Source: Antedon mediterranea (Eukaryota > Animalia > Echinodermata). Taken from it: DNA of 64,000 nucleotides. Made by a program: the position numbers and the translations under genes. The stretch spans positions 19,130,912-19,194,911 of the forward strand of contig NC_092675.1 in NCBI RefSeq assembly GCF_964355755.1, written 5' to 3'. Shown piece after piece: positions 1-16,700 of this stretch (position 1 is its first letter; each line of letters starts with the position of its first letter). Under the pieces are notes generated by a model. It was not told the DNA's origin, made no database searches, and saw only the letters and a list, made by a program, of their open reading frames with translations.

Positions 1-1047
1 CCCCGCTCAGTTGTGCCCTTCTTGGACTGGAAAGGTCTAGCCAAGATTACTTCTCCTATTAGGATTTGATCCTTTTGGTTGTCCCAGATCATGCTGAAAT
101 AAATAATAAAATCACATAATTTATGATAGTGTTTTTTAATGTAATATTTTTCTCATCAATTCAGTGTAGGAGTTTTTAATCTAATGAAGTAATAAATGAA
201 AATAAATAATATAGCTTGAATGAACTATCCACTTTATACAATTAATCATGCTAATATTGATTGACATTGATAACACATTTATTTCAGACTGAAAAAAGCA
301 TACTATTATATAATATTATATGTTTTGTGCATACAAAAAAAAAGTTTACAATAATAATAATATATTAAAATAAATGTAAAAAAGTGAGCACTATTGAATT
401 ATCTAACTAACCGGTTTGTACTCTTTTTTGTCTTAATTTCTTCTGCCTGTTTTGAAAAAAAAATAAATAAAAAATCAAGATAAAAATAATAAAATGTACA
501 CAAGCTTATCTACATATATCTTATATTGTATGACAATAAGATAAATACTTTAAGCTACATTGGCAGGGAGTTGTTATAAATCTAATAAAGTAAACAACTC
601 CTTTGTTTTAAGCAAAGCAGGATTGAATTGAAGATAATTTGATTAGCTAGTTTTTATCAATATTATTGAACTTGTCATTTTCTGTCATCTTTTGAGTAGG
701 GGGTCCTACGTATCTAGACCTCCTATTTGTGCAAGTTGTGTTTATTTGTAGGACCGTGTAGGGATAGCCTAAATGCCAGCAGCTAGGGTATCGCAGCTAG
801 GCCCTAGGCTAGTTAGTTCGATTAGGCCACTGGTTTGCCCTCTATTATACTACTACTAGCCTAGGCTAGCTAGGCCCTAGGCCGAATCTCTAAGCCAATT
901 TTTTTATTTTATATTTGGCATCACTGATCTAGAGCACTACATTAATGAACATTCATTTAATATGCTATAGCCTAGTCTATGTTTGATTACATAAAGCTAA
1001 AATAACGACTGATTAAACTGCTTTACCTTTGACGATACTGCTTCCAT
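1..1047 (-). CDS. 5' part of an uncharacterised Myb/SANT-like (Harbinger ORF2-type) protein; exons 1027-1047, 412-446, <1-93; runs off the window start
   Basis: GT-AG spliced frame reads MEAVSSKAEEIKTKKSTNRMIWDNQKDQILIGEVILARPFQSKKGTTERG. The W..D..L..EV...PF..KKG..ERG pattern resembles invertebrate Myb/SANT-like proteins (family assignment from recall). NRF1/ETS-type motifs lie upstream. Confidence 0.55.
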
Positions 1048-1111
1048 CGTGTCCTTCGTATTAAAATACACAGCTGAATGTTCGTTTCAGACAGGACGCT
1101 ATTTCTTCTCA

Positions 1112-1330
1112 CTACCGTTCTGAAATTTAGCGCTACGGCGAGTCTTAAATTTCTGCGCATGCGTAGATCACATTTCGGTTCAAATTACCGTACTGAACTA
1201 CTTCCGTACTAAAACGAAAGCTCGCTAATTGTTTGACTTCGGAACGGTAGAAAGGGGACGGTTAACACGCATGCGCGCATGCATAAAATCTAGTATACTC
1301 TTAAGATACAAGACGCGTGCGGAAGTGTAA
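1112..1330. promoter_or_regulatory. Putative promoter of the Myb/SANT-like gene
   Basis: TGCGCATGCG (NRF1-type) at ~1154, CGCATGCGCGCATGCA at ~1268, CGGAAGT (ETS) at ~1320. A short inverted repeat CTACCGTTCTGAA...TTCGGAACGGTAG spans 1112-1250. Confidence 0.4.
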
Positions 1331-1825
1331 CGGCATGTTAAAACTTTCCACCAATGAAAATTGCCGAAGCATGTACAAAGAAAGAATGTTTTAAGTTTAC
1401 TTGAATTGTTTCTTCCTCAGTTAGGACCGTACCATCCAAAATAAACCAACCTCAAACCATGATCATTGTGATAATGTGTCCCCATCCTTATTTCTCATTA
1501 CCACAAATTCATAAATAATAAAACAATTAATGATATAATTAAATTCGATTACTATTTTTATTTCAGAAAAAAGATCAAACTCGGCCTTAGTGTGTTAAGT
1601 TCCTATATGTAATTACATCATTGCTAGATGCATGCATTCTCAATCCTTTTGTTAAATCATCTCCTCGGATTAATAATTGTATATATTTAGATATTCCTAT
1701 AGTAACCGCATCCTTGTTCATAACTAAAAGTGCATGCGAGTAGAAACCCCATTGGCCATCTTCTTTTATCGTTAAATCATACTTAATTTTTATTGTGTAT
1801 ATACGTTACTTGATGACCTTGTACG

Positions 1826-5724
<3,899 letters not shown>

Positions 5725-7726
5725 GCTGCTTTCGTATACTGTTCACACTGTTGATCTAAACGTTTGAACTATCATCATTATTTACTAAGGCATGTACGTC
5801 ATAAGACAAACAAATCCGAAGACCTCGATAGTTTAAAGTTCATTTTGCTGTACATTTCTCAATATATTAACTATAGTGAATTTGTGCCTTGGTTAGGGCT
5901 TGTATCATTTCTGTTATACAGTACTATTCTAAATTGTTCGGGCTTTCAACATAGATGACTAGGCCAGACAGCATTTGTTATATATTATATATTTATAATA
6001 ATCTCTATAAGTAATAACTGCGTTTCTCATCTATTTTCTATAACATATAGACAACTTTAGAAGAAGAAAAACCCCTTTTAAATTCAAATAATTCCATGAG
6101 CCTCATTGATATAACTGTATTTTTATCTCAATTCTGTCCAAGTGCTCTTAAAATGTTTTTTTTATTAATGTATTTATGAATGAAAACAAAATTATACTCA
6201 ACATATAAGCATAAGCAAAGGTTTATTGATTCTTTAAACACAACATATTGAACAGATAGCAACGAGTTATAGATAGGCTTATCTCCATTGGAGATAAACA
6301 TTGCACACGTATTCATTTGAGTATGAACTCATTTGAGTATGATAGTTGGTATTGTCGTTGCTAAATGTTTCATTCTAAATACAGTACATAACACTCAAAT
6401 CCAAACACCGCATATAATATCATAACGTGAGATACGTTTTGTCAATTTCAAATGTTTGATTATGTTGGTTACGCCTATTTTTTGTTCTAATGCTAGATAT
6501 TGATAAATACATTATCATTACAATATTAAATCCAACACCAAATTGAAGATCAATAATGTTACGATTACTAAAAAAACTTACTCCCTACCACATACCATTC
6601 AATTTTTGAATAAATTGTTTTAAAGGTATAAGCAAACGCCATTATTTAAAAAGTTAATGTTTCCATTAGTGCGGAGTATAGATGACGTTTATTATTAGTA
6701 CGGTGCGGTATATCATTTTTTTTTTGACTTTTCTGTAGACTTTTTCCTGTATTCTTTTTTTTTCCGTTTTCGAATAGTATTCTTTTTCCAAATTGTTTTT
6801 TCTTTTTATAATATTTGGACCCAAGCAACACATTATTTAGAACATTTATTGTTTTATTTGTTTGTTGGTGTTTTATGAAACATCCAACTGAACAAGTAAA
6901 CAATAAATATATCTTCATAACTATGCTACGCATGCGATGTACAACAAATATTTTATTAGTAGTTAGTGTTAGATGATATCATGTTTTATGACATTAAGAG
7001 CAAAATTATCAACAAAATGGTTTCCTTCTTTTAAGTAAATACTAAATTAACTACGGTAATTAAAAAGTTGTGTTGTATTTAAGATACAGTATAATAATAT
7101 AAATTTGAAAATGAGTAATGTTAATGACATTTTATCTTACGATAAGCTTGTTTATTATATGTTTGTATTAACTTTATATTGTCTTATCAGAGTAGAATAT
7201 GAATGAAGTTTCTATTTGGTAGTAATAATAACAGTTAATTATTATCCCTTCCAAACCGCAACATTTCCATTTATTAGGCCTACTACTCTGAAGATAAACC
7301 ACAAATTGAGAAGTAAAATAAACTTAAAACTATATAACAAACTGCAAGTCTATGTAATGACATCAAAATACATATTTTTTTTTAAACATAAATCACTAGC
7401 AATGTTTTATATTGCGTCACTTTTGTCTCATCAACATCTACTTATTTTGATTTTTCATTTTAACATAATTAATGTTTAACATTCTAGTTTAAATCAATAG
7501 TACTATTCATCATGCAAACATTAATACATTCATTAAAAAGCCAAACAAATGTTTGAAAACGTGTTGATGACATAATCATACTTGTGCACATACAATACTG
7601 TGTGACATATATATATAAATATATATGTCAAATGGCATACTACACTATATAAAATAATATATTAGAATATTATTTTATATAGTGATCACAGTACTGGATA
7701 TTCTATCATCATCTTACCATTTTTAA

Positions 7727-10700
7727 CTAGGTGAAATTGTTAGTACATCTTTCAACATGTCTCTCCAATTCTTGCTTGTCAGCAATAGATCTCTGACAAC
7801 TAAAAACAAATAAAACCACAATATTTATATCACAATCAGTAAGCAATTAGTAGATTAGAAAACATGTCTAAATCTTCTTACTCCTTAGTGTTAAAATTGT
7901 AAGTATACATATATTTCAGATCATCAGCGATAAATTACCTTTCTAGGCAGAGTTCCAAAATTCTTTCTGAAGCTTTAGTTAAGCTCTTTTCTGTACAGTT
8001 TAGCCCCTTTTCAACAAAAATACACCAGGCCTAGTGAAGGTCATCTACAGTAGTGTAGTTCTTTTCTGTTCTTTTCAAAACTATTAGCTGCTTACTTTTC
8101 AAATTGTTGAGGTACAATTTATTCAAAGTTTCATAAGGTCTAGATAAGTCATTCTACTGTGCATTAGAAACTTGTTCATTCAACGCAACTCCATGTAGCT
8201 CAATGTCGCCTGGAAAACAGGCTTAACTATCAAACTCTCACAAGGCACTAACTTCATCATATTGCAGTATACCGTACTGTACATCCAGTACTGTCTTTCC
8301 AGAAGCCATTGTCATGCTCATCATGTTTTTTAATATTCTTTCTAGAAAAAGTATACTGCACCAGGAAAAATTCTTTCTCAAGGCCTAGTTAATTTCTTCA
8401 ATAATGTGGTCTGTTTCATCAAAACACATCAGGCACAATGCTATCTTGGGAGCCCCAAATTAAGAACTGTACTGGTCTTTTCATCAACCTTCAGAGACAG
8501 TTAACTTTTATGCTAAATTTCTTAACATGAGCTCTTTGATATTGTTATCTCATTACATGTAGTTTTTCACAAGACATAATTAACTTCGACATCATGATCT
8601 TATGTAATACATCAAAAATATTTGTTTTACTTTTTAAGGTCTTCTGGATTTCATTCTTTCAAATTCATTTCATTTCATTCTTCAAATCACAAAAAATTAA
8701 ACTTATACACATACTCTTTGATAGTATGATCATCGGAAACACACTGGTCCAATTCTTTCACAATTCTCTTCTTCTCATTTCATAACATACATCAGGCAGT
8801 GTTCGTGCTCAATATCTACTTAACCTCTTCAATATTACCTCTTCACTACCGATAGTTTTTGTAACTATCAAATAGTAATACTTTTCTATTGGCTCTTTGC
8901 ATAAACATAGAACAGGCACATTCCTTCACAAAGTTGTGGCATGTTTGACAAACATACATTAGTTACAATTATTTCAAATCTTAGTTAAACTCAATATATA
9001 TCTCTATCAACTAGAGTATCATCATTAGATGTTTGCACTATGTGCATTCATGCATGACCAATAACTTAACATACACACTCTGAAAGATGTAATATTCAAA
9101 CTCGTATAACCACAAACAAACATTGATGGTAACCTAACTTACAAACATTTTCTCAGACCAAACCACACCTGAATGTTACGGTTCAGCACACAGCAAAATT
9201 GGCCAGTCTTGCAACAAGTGCTGTAAAACAACTTACATTGGACATTCGGAGTCAGCGTTTTTCAACACAGGGCTAGAAGCATCCACACCATCAATTTCAA
9301 CATCACCATCAATGAACATATCATTACCACCATAGTTTACACCACGTCTAATCATCTGACAGAAAGAAAACACAAAATAGTGTACATAACTTGTTCATTT
9401 AAACAAAATAAATATAATTTTGTCAGTGATATTATGCCTTTGACTAGCGGCATATTGAAAAAGCTTTCTTCTAACAAAATAAAAAGTAAAGAGATATGGA
9501 AGGTCAGGTTAAATCTTGACATTACTTTATATGTGAACTTGCTGATTGATACATTTACAAATGGTGTTCTATATGGTTTGTTTATTTCCTTAAAAGCATT
9601 TCCACCAGCAATATTGTTGCTAATAGCCACCTATGTACTAACATAAACTATACACAATTTGTTGAGGAAGCATAAATACATACCTTGCCCCGAGGAGGAA
9701 CTTCATGAATGTAATAACTTTTGTATCCCTGAAAGAGGAAGCATATTGAAAACTGTCAAAATAATAACTTTACACCTCAATACCAGATATATTGGTTTAT
9801 TATTAATTGTTAATAGATATGATGGAATGTAAAGTAGTGTCAACTAATATCAATACTAACCGGTGGTGGTTGTTTGATTCTTCTGTCACCTTCATAGTAA
9901 TTCACCTGAATATAAATAATAATAGGATGGTTTAATATTACTAGGTAAATGCAATAACAAATGAAAAAAAAAATCAATCCAAGCAATGAAATATTTCATA
10001 AATTAGAAAGTTAAAAAGCTAAAGTGTACAAAACACAAAATCAGTAGGTACCTGTTCTTGCAGATCTTTTGCAATTTTTCTCAAATTGTGCAACTCCTCT
10101 TTAGCTTCTGCAAGTTGACCGGCGGTGTGCTGACGATCTCTGCGTTCCTGGTTGAAATCTGATTGGAATGCCATGTTCTGCTGCTGAAGCAGATCCACTT
10201 GTTCTTTCATTCTCTGTGATACATCATCGTCTGCTCCTCTTGGAATCCTCATCTCATCAATTCCAACAGCTGCTGCTGCTGCTCCACGGTGAATTTCAAA
10301 CTCACGAGGTTGCTGCATGCTTTGTTCAAGTTCCTGTTAACAAACCCCAAACAATTTGATTAGAAGAAAATAGAAAAAAACTCCAACAGCTGCTGCTGCT
10401 GCTCCACGGTGAATCTAAAACTCCTGAGGTTGCTGCATGCTTTGTTTAAGTTCCTGTTAATAAATCACAAACAATTTGAGTAGAAGAAAAAAAAAAAATC
10501 CAACAGCCGCTGCTGCTGCTGCTCCATGATGAATTTCAAACTCCCAATGTTGCTGCATGCTTTGTTCAAGTTCCTAACCCTAAACAATTTCATTAGTAAA
10601 TGGTAACAATCAAATTATGCAAATTCTCAAGAAATTTACTGTATCATATCAAGTAAATAATAACTGGAGATTATCTTTACGTCCCACAAAGACGTTACTA

Positions 10701-13700
10701 AAAGTACAAGTTACTCATACACTTCACATAAGAACACAACAGTGTAGTTAGACACTTATTGCCATGTTAAATATAAATTTATTTTAGTGTGCAATATTCC
10801 TAGGAATACAGCATTTTGGTAATCAAAAATCCTCAATTTAATGCTGATTTAGACAAGCAAGCAATACTGACGTGTCCCACTCTTATCCATATATTTAAAT
10901 CATCTGATCTTTCAGAATACCAACCTGATTCAATCTGCTGATTTCCTCTTCATTTTCAGTTTTCTTGCTGATTAACATGTGAACCCATTTCTCAAGTCTT
11001 GCTGATCTATCTCGATGTTCATCTCGTTCCAACTTTAAAATAATAATGTTATTTAATTAAGATAATCAAAACATTTTGTGGAAAAACATTCATATATATA
11101 TATTCACTCCTGGCTAGCAAATGTTATGAATACAAATGAAATAAAAGCATTTATTTATTTGTTACACTTGTTATGTTGAAGTTGACTCGATGACAAAAGT
11201 TAGAGCTTACCTCAATGGCATCAATTCTTGTTTTAGCTTGAGTCAACATCTGATCAAACTCTCTTTGTTTTTTGTCCAGAATTGATTCTTGTTTATTTTC
11301 TACCGCCATCCGTTGCATGCTTTCTTGCAGCTTTTGATCAAGATCTTGCTTGAACTGTTGTTTGACTTCTTCAGCTTTTTTAAGCTTAGCTTCGTAACTA
11401 GACTTCATTCCGGCATAATGTTGATCCCATTCATTGTTCACTTTTAGAATCTTACAATTTAATATTTTCATAAATTAATTTCAGGGTTTCTACTACTTTA
11501 TTGTGTCATTCTACAAACTTGTGCCTCAAAACTATTTAGAGAGTGATAAATATTATGTCAAAATGTTAATATTAAAATGAGGCCTTATTTTAGGGGGGAA
11601 GCTATCAAAATATTAAAGATTGTTTACTCCAACCATTTTCTTAAAACTAGAGGTATACATTCTTCATAAACCAAACATCTTTTTTTAAACAATTGTTTAC
11701 TTTTAGAAGGCAATGCATGTTTTAATATTATACACACTAGATTTATTGTTGTCACAAATATAGAAATGCTTTTTATATAGTTTCAAATTCATCAAAACTT
11801 AATGTTTAACATAACTGTGCCTGTAGTACAAAGTATCACCAAGCAATGGGAGTATCCAATATTCCTTTATGGTGCCGTTTTTGTTTTTCTTTAAATGTTA
11901 TATTGATATTATTCCTACCTCGTCGACCTGTTTTTTCAATGATGCATTTTCCTTTCTTAGATTCACAATAACAAGGTTGTCTTGTGGTTTGTTGTCTGAA
12001 GATGTTCCTTGCTTTGTCTCCACATCCTGTGAAGCATATCATTATTATATTATTCATGATATTAATAATAATTTCTGTGTATTAGTCAACTATCTCATGG
12101 GACTTTCTAAAAAAACCAGAAATGTATTCTTTCTTGGATGCAATGCACGGTGATAAGTAATTTGACCAATCATGTGAAAGATTAACCGAAACCGTCACTT
12201 GTGATTGGTCTCTTGTGTTACGCATACTTTGTTTCTTTGCGTACGTTGTTTTGTTGATTTAAAGAGAAACAATCTTTATTTATTATAAAGCTTTGAATTT
12301 GATTAGCCAGTATTTAACATAGAACTATTTTGCTAAATTATAATATAATATAGTTTGATCATAATTAATACCATATTGAAGATCATTTATTTATTTATTC
12401 CGGGAGTACCTGCTTATATGCGCAATATAAATTAAGTATCATTATTATTATAAATACTTAGCACTTTTTGGCAGTAAACAATACTGGTACTGTGACAAAG
12501 ACAGGATTTAAAACCAGGACCTTGTCACTGGAAAGCAAAACTACAATACATGCCACTGACAGAACTATTTAAAATAAATCCTTGCTCCATATATTAATTT
12601 CATTTCATTCAATATTTATTTTTATTAAAAATTAAAAATTTCGTAAATTTAACGATTAATATAAGGTAAATTATATAGACTAAAGACTTTTTTTAGGAAT
12701 CAAATTAGAAGTGAAAATATCTGGATCATTTTTTTAAACCTAGCATGAACATTAAATTTGTTAATTTATGATAATACAGTGCAGACATTTGTTTATCATG
12801 TATTGCCATAGCCATTTCTTAGAGGAAGTTCAAGTGATCTAACTCAGCGTCGATCTAAATAGAGCAGAAAATCTAAACAGAAAAGTCCCAAATGTTTTGG
12901 CTTCATTTCCTTGTTGATATTAATTATATTTCTTGTTTACTTAAGCTCTGTCTACACTATAGAAAAGTGTGATGTGCCCAACCAAATATGGTAGTGATAT
13001 GACATCATCATCTCCATATATGGGCACATCATATTTTATGTCACATTTGATAGTTTAGACAGAGCTTAAGTATAACCTGAGATTCAAATTTATAATGGGT
13101 TATTTTTGTTTCAAAGTTTTAAATTTTGGTTATTTCATTTTCAATCAATAATATTATACAATACTGTTAGAAGATTATATTACAAGTATTAGTAATATTA
13201 TGTTTGTGGTACACTGTAATGCCTGTAATTCCTAAAGTGAAGATTCAATATTTCCTTCCTTTCTAGTAAATATATGATGTAGCGGATAAAAACATGCTTT
13301 TGTTCCATATTGCCTACAGTAATAATAATAATAAATAACATTTATAAAGCGCAAGAGACAAAGGTTTCAAAGCGCTGTGTTTTCCAAGATCTGTGCAAGT
13401 AGTAGCGTGTGATTATGCTTCTCTGAAGAGATGAGTTTTGAGTTTAGTTTTAAATGTGGTAACAGATTTTGATGAGCGTATTTCGAGGGGTAGAGTGTTC
13501 CAGAGTTTTGGGGCTGCGACAGCGAAAGCACGATCACCGTAAAACCGAGTTCTGGAACGGGGTCCAGGTTTTAGAAGAAGTCTGCAGGATGAACGAAGCG
13601 AAGAGTTGGTTGACGGAGTAATGATGTCACATATGTAGGCTGGAGCACATCCGTTGATGGCCTTATATGTCAGCAACAGGATTTTAAAACGAATGCGCTG

Positions 13701-16700
13701 ATCTACAGGCAACCAGTGTAAGTCACGTAAAACTGGAGAAATATGTTCAAGTACTGCTACTAAGTATTGCTTTGAATATTAAACTTGAGCTTAGTATAGA
13801 ATTCTAAAGCTCTGTCTACACTATCAAACTTTATTTGACAAAAAATGTGATATGTCCATATACGGACATGATGTTGTCATGTCACTACCATATTTAAGCA
13901 TATCATTACCAGTACCATATTTTGAGACACTTGTCAAACTAGATAGTGTGGACAGAGCTTAACAAAGAAAACTCAATCTAGTGAATTTAATTAAAATTTG
14001 CATTGAAAGGATGTTGAGTGTAAAGAAATTAATTGAGGAGAAACAAATAGATAATGTACCTAACAAACCATTAGTATGTCTCATTTTCTCTTTTTTTCTT
14101 AATAAAAAAATAATATTTACAATACAAAAATAATAAATTACATAGGTAAATGATTTTGAAAATAACCATTCATTACTTATTATAAATTTATATTACATAA
14201 ATACATTTTAAGTGAAATTGTATACCTACCTATTGAAATAGGAAATAAGTTGACCTTTATTATATAAATATTGATTGATTGCTATTGTTTGTACACCAAA
14301 ATAATGTAAGGGAATTTTACTGTATATATTTTTGAATTGTGGATATAGTAACTTCTGTTCTCTTTGGTTGATAAAGAGATCTGCACAAACCCAATAAAGA
14401 TATTACAATATGATAATGTTACAGGAAATAATAGTATTTCTAAATGTAATGGAATAAAATATACAGGTGTTTATAAATAGATTTTCATTACAACAAATCC
14501 AAATTATCTTCTTATTATCTAAACAAATCACTTCACAACCGAATGACCATACCAATTGTTTGATATTTTGTTATTCTGTCTCGAATGGTGTGTTCTCACT
14601 CAAATTGTTTACAACTTTAAAAATCTAATTAATCGATTAAGATGGCCATATTTCATGAAATTGCCACAAAAATAAAGACAGCCATCATGACTGTATGTGT
14701 AAAATCTAAAATAGGAACCCTAAACATAAAAGATTGCATTTCTGTGTATAACACCATTCATTTCTTATGCCGGAAATGTATGTAAACGTATTTCTGAGAT
14801 CAATACATTTTACTGATTATTGATTATATGTACAGTGCAAATATAGTTTGACTGTAAACACAACTATCTTTTTAATAATATGTCAGGCATACATTTCTAT
14901 GAAAACCTGAAAGGGGAAACTGCAAATATGCAGTGAAAGGTTGACAACATCACATGACATTGGTTGGTAGTAAAATAAACTTCACAAGCAGTGATGTGGG
15001 TTCGATTGGTCTGCTTTTTTCCGTTTTTTTTTCTTTTTGCAAAATTGTTGTTTTTAGTTTCATGGTTGCATTTCTCATGGTTTTCACAAGCGCCATGAGC
15101 ACTTTATGGATAAGTGCGCTCTATAAATCTTAATTATTATTATATTTATTATTTATATTATTACTTACAAGTTTTTCTTCCTTTCTCAATGCATGTGCAT
15201 CACCTGTTGTAACAACTTCAAAACTATATAAGTTTTCATCTTCTTTCACTTTCTTCAAATCTTCAAGTTCATTTTTTAGACGTCTTGCTTCCAATCTGAA
15301 ATTACATTACAAATCATTAAAAAAATTAGTAGATATTAACAAACATGTTTTAAAGTAAATTGCTTTAAAATCAGACAACACATGACAAAATCTTGGTCAA
15401 ATGAATTACTATACACAGAAACAAAAATATTATTTTAATAATTTATACTTTAGAGCATTACTGTATGCATCAAAGCACAATGTCTGAATTTGATGAAACA
15501 CATGATGTCACTAAAATGACTGAGTAATGTTAAAGATGCCAACTTAACCTGTTGCCAGGTAGACTTACCTAAGATCATTGATTGTTTGGTTCTTGTCTTC
15601 AAGATCTTCCTTCAATCGTTGGTTTTGTTCAATTGTTGCATGCCTGAGTGTCTAAAGAAAAATATGTAATGTATGTATAATGATCCACAGAAGACACCTT
15701 TACAAGAAGAGCAAAGATCTGCCATGCCTAACTCAAGAAGAATATATAACTGAAGAAATTCATTTTGAGAAGCTTTCTGTGGAGTTTAAATATTGAATAA
15801 TAAGAATCTTTGGAGGAGAGAAGAAAACACTAAAAAGTATTATATTATGCTTACTTTTAGTTGTTTCAATTGCTTGTCCTGTTGTATGCTTTGTGGTAAC
15901 ATCTTGGCCAATCCATTAGTTAACTCAGAGCTCCCAAACTGTGTTCTGCAAATCTTTTCAATGTCTTTGATTTGCAATGAGAGACTTGTGTCATGTTCTT
16001 GTTCACTCTATTAAACACATGGAATAGTACTATTAAATGATCCAAGTGTACAGTATGATCTTAATTGCTGCAACATTTTGCACCTTTTTTAATAATGTTG
16101 TGCTCACTAATTTGTTGGAAATAAATGTAATGAAGTATACTGGTTATATATGTTTATAGAAATATGTTAACAATCAATAAGTGTTTGTAACAAGGTTGCA
16201 GAAAGCATACAATGAAAAAGATTTGCATATTACCATTGAGCTAGTAGAATCCATTCTCTCTTGAACACCAAAGCTTCTCACAGACTCTTGCTTGGTAACA
16301 TTAGACTCAATAGATTGAATACCAGTAGGCTCTCTAGAATGAATACTTGAGTTCTTCAGTGATGGAATTCCTGACATTGTGTCACACTCAGATGATTTAG
16401 GCTTTGGATTCAAAGTTGTTGATGTCTCCTGATGTTTCATACTCCACTCTTCCACATATTTAGGTCTGAGTTTAGATGCTGTTAATAATGTAAATATAGC
16501 GTATTACTGTGTAGCCATTTATGACAGTTTAATCAAAACCTCCCTTGGTGCATCATTTACAATTCTACACAATTTTAGAAGTTTAAAAATTGTTTTGCAA
16601 GTGCAACATAATTAGAAAAGCCTAGTCTAGAAATAACATAAATGGAACAATGGATGGCATTCTAATATTATGATTCTTTGGTACTAGGATACTAATTTAG

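Noticed and set aside
9170-9236. Possible extra ABIN exon after a GT...AG at 9221-9236
   Set aside because: The intron would be only 16 nt; splicing to 7799 completes the zinc finger instead.
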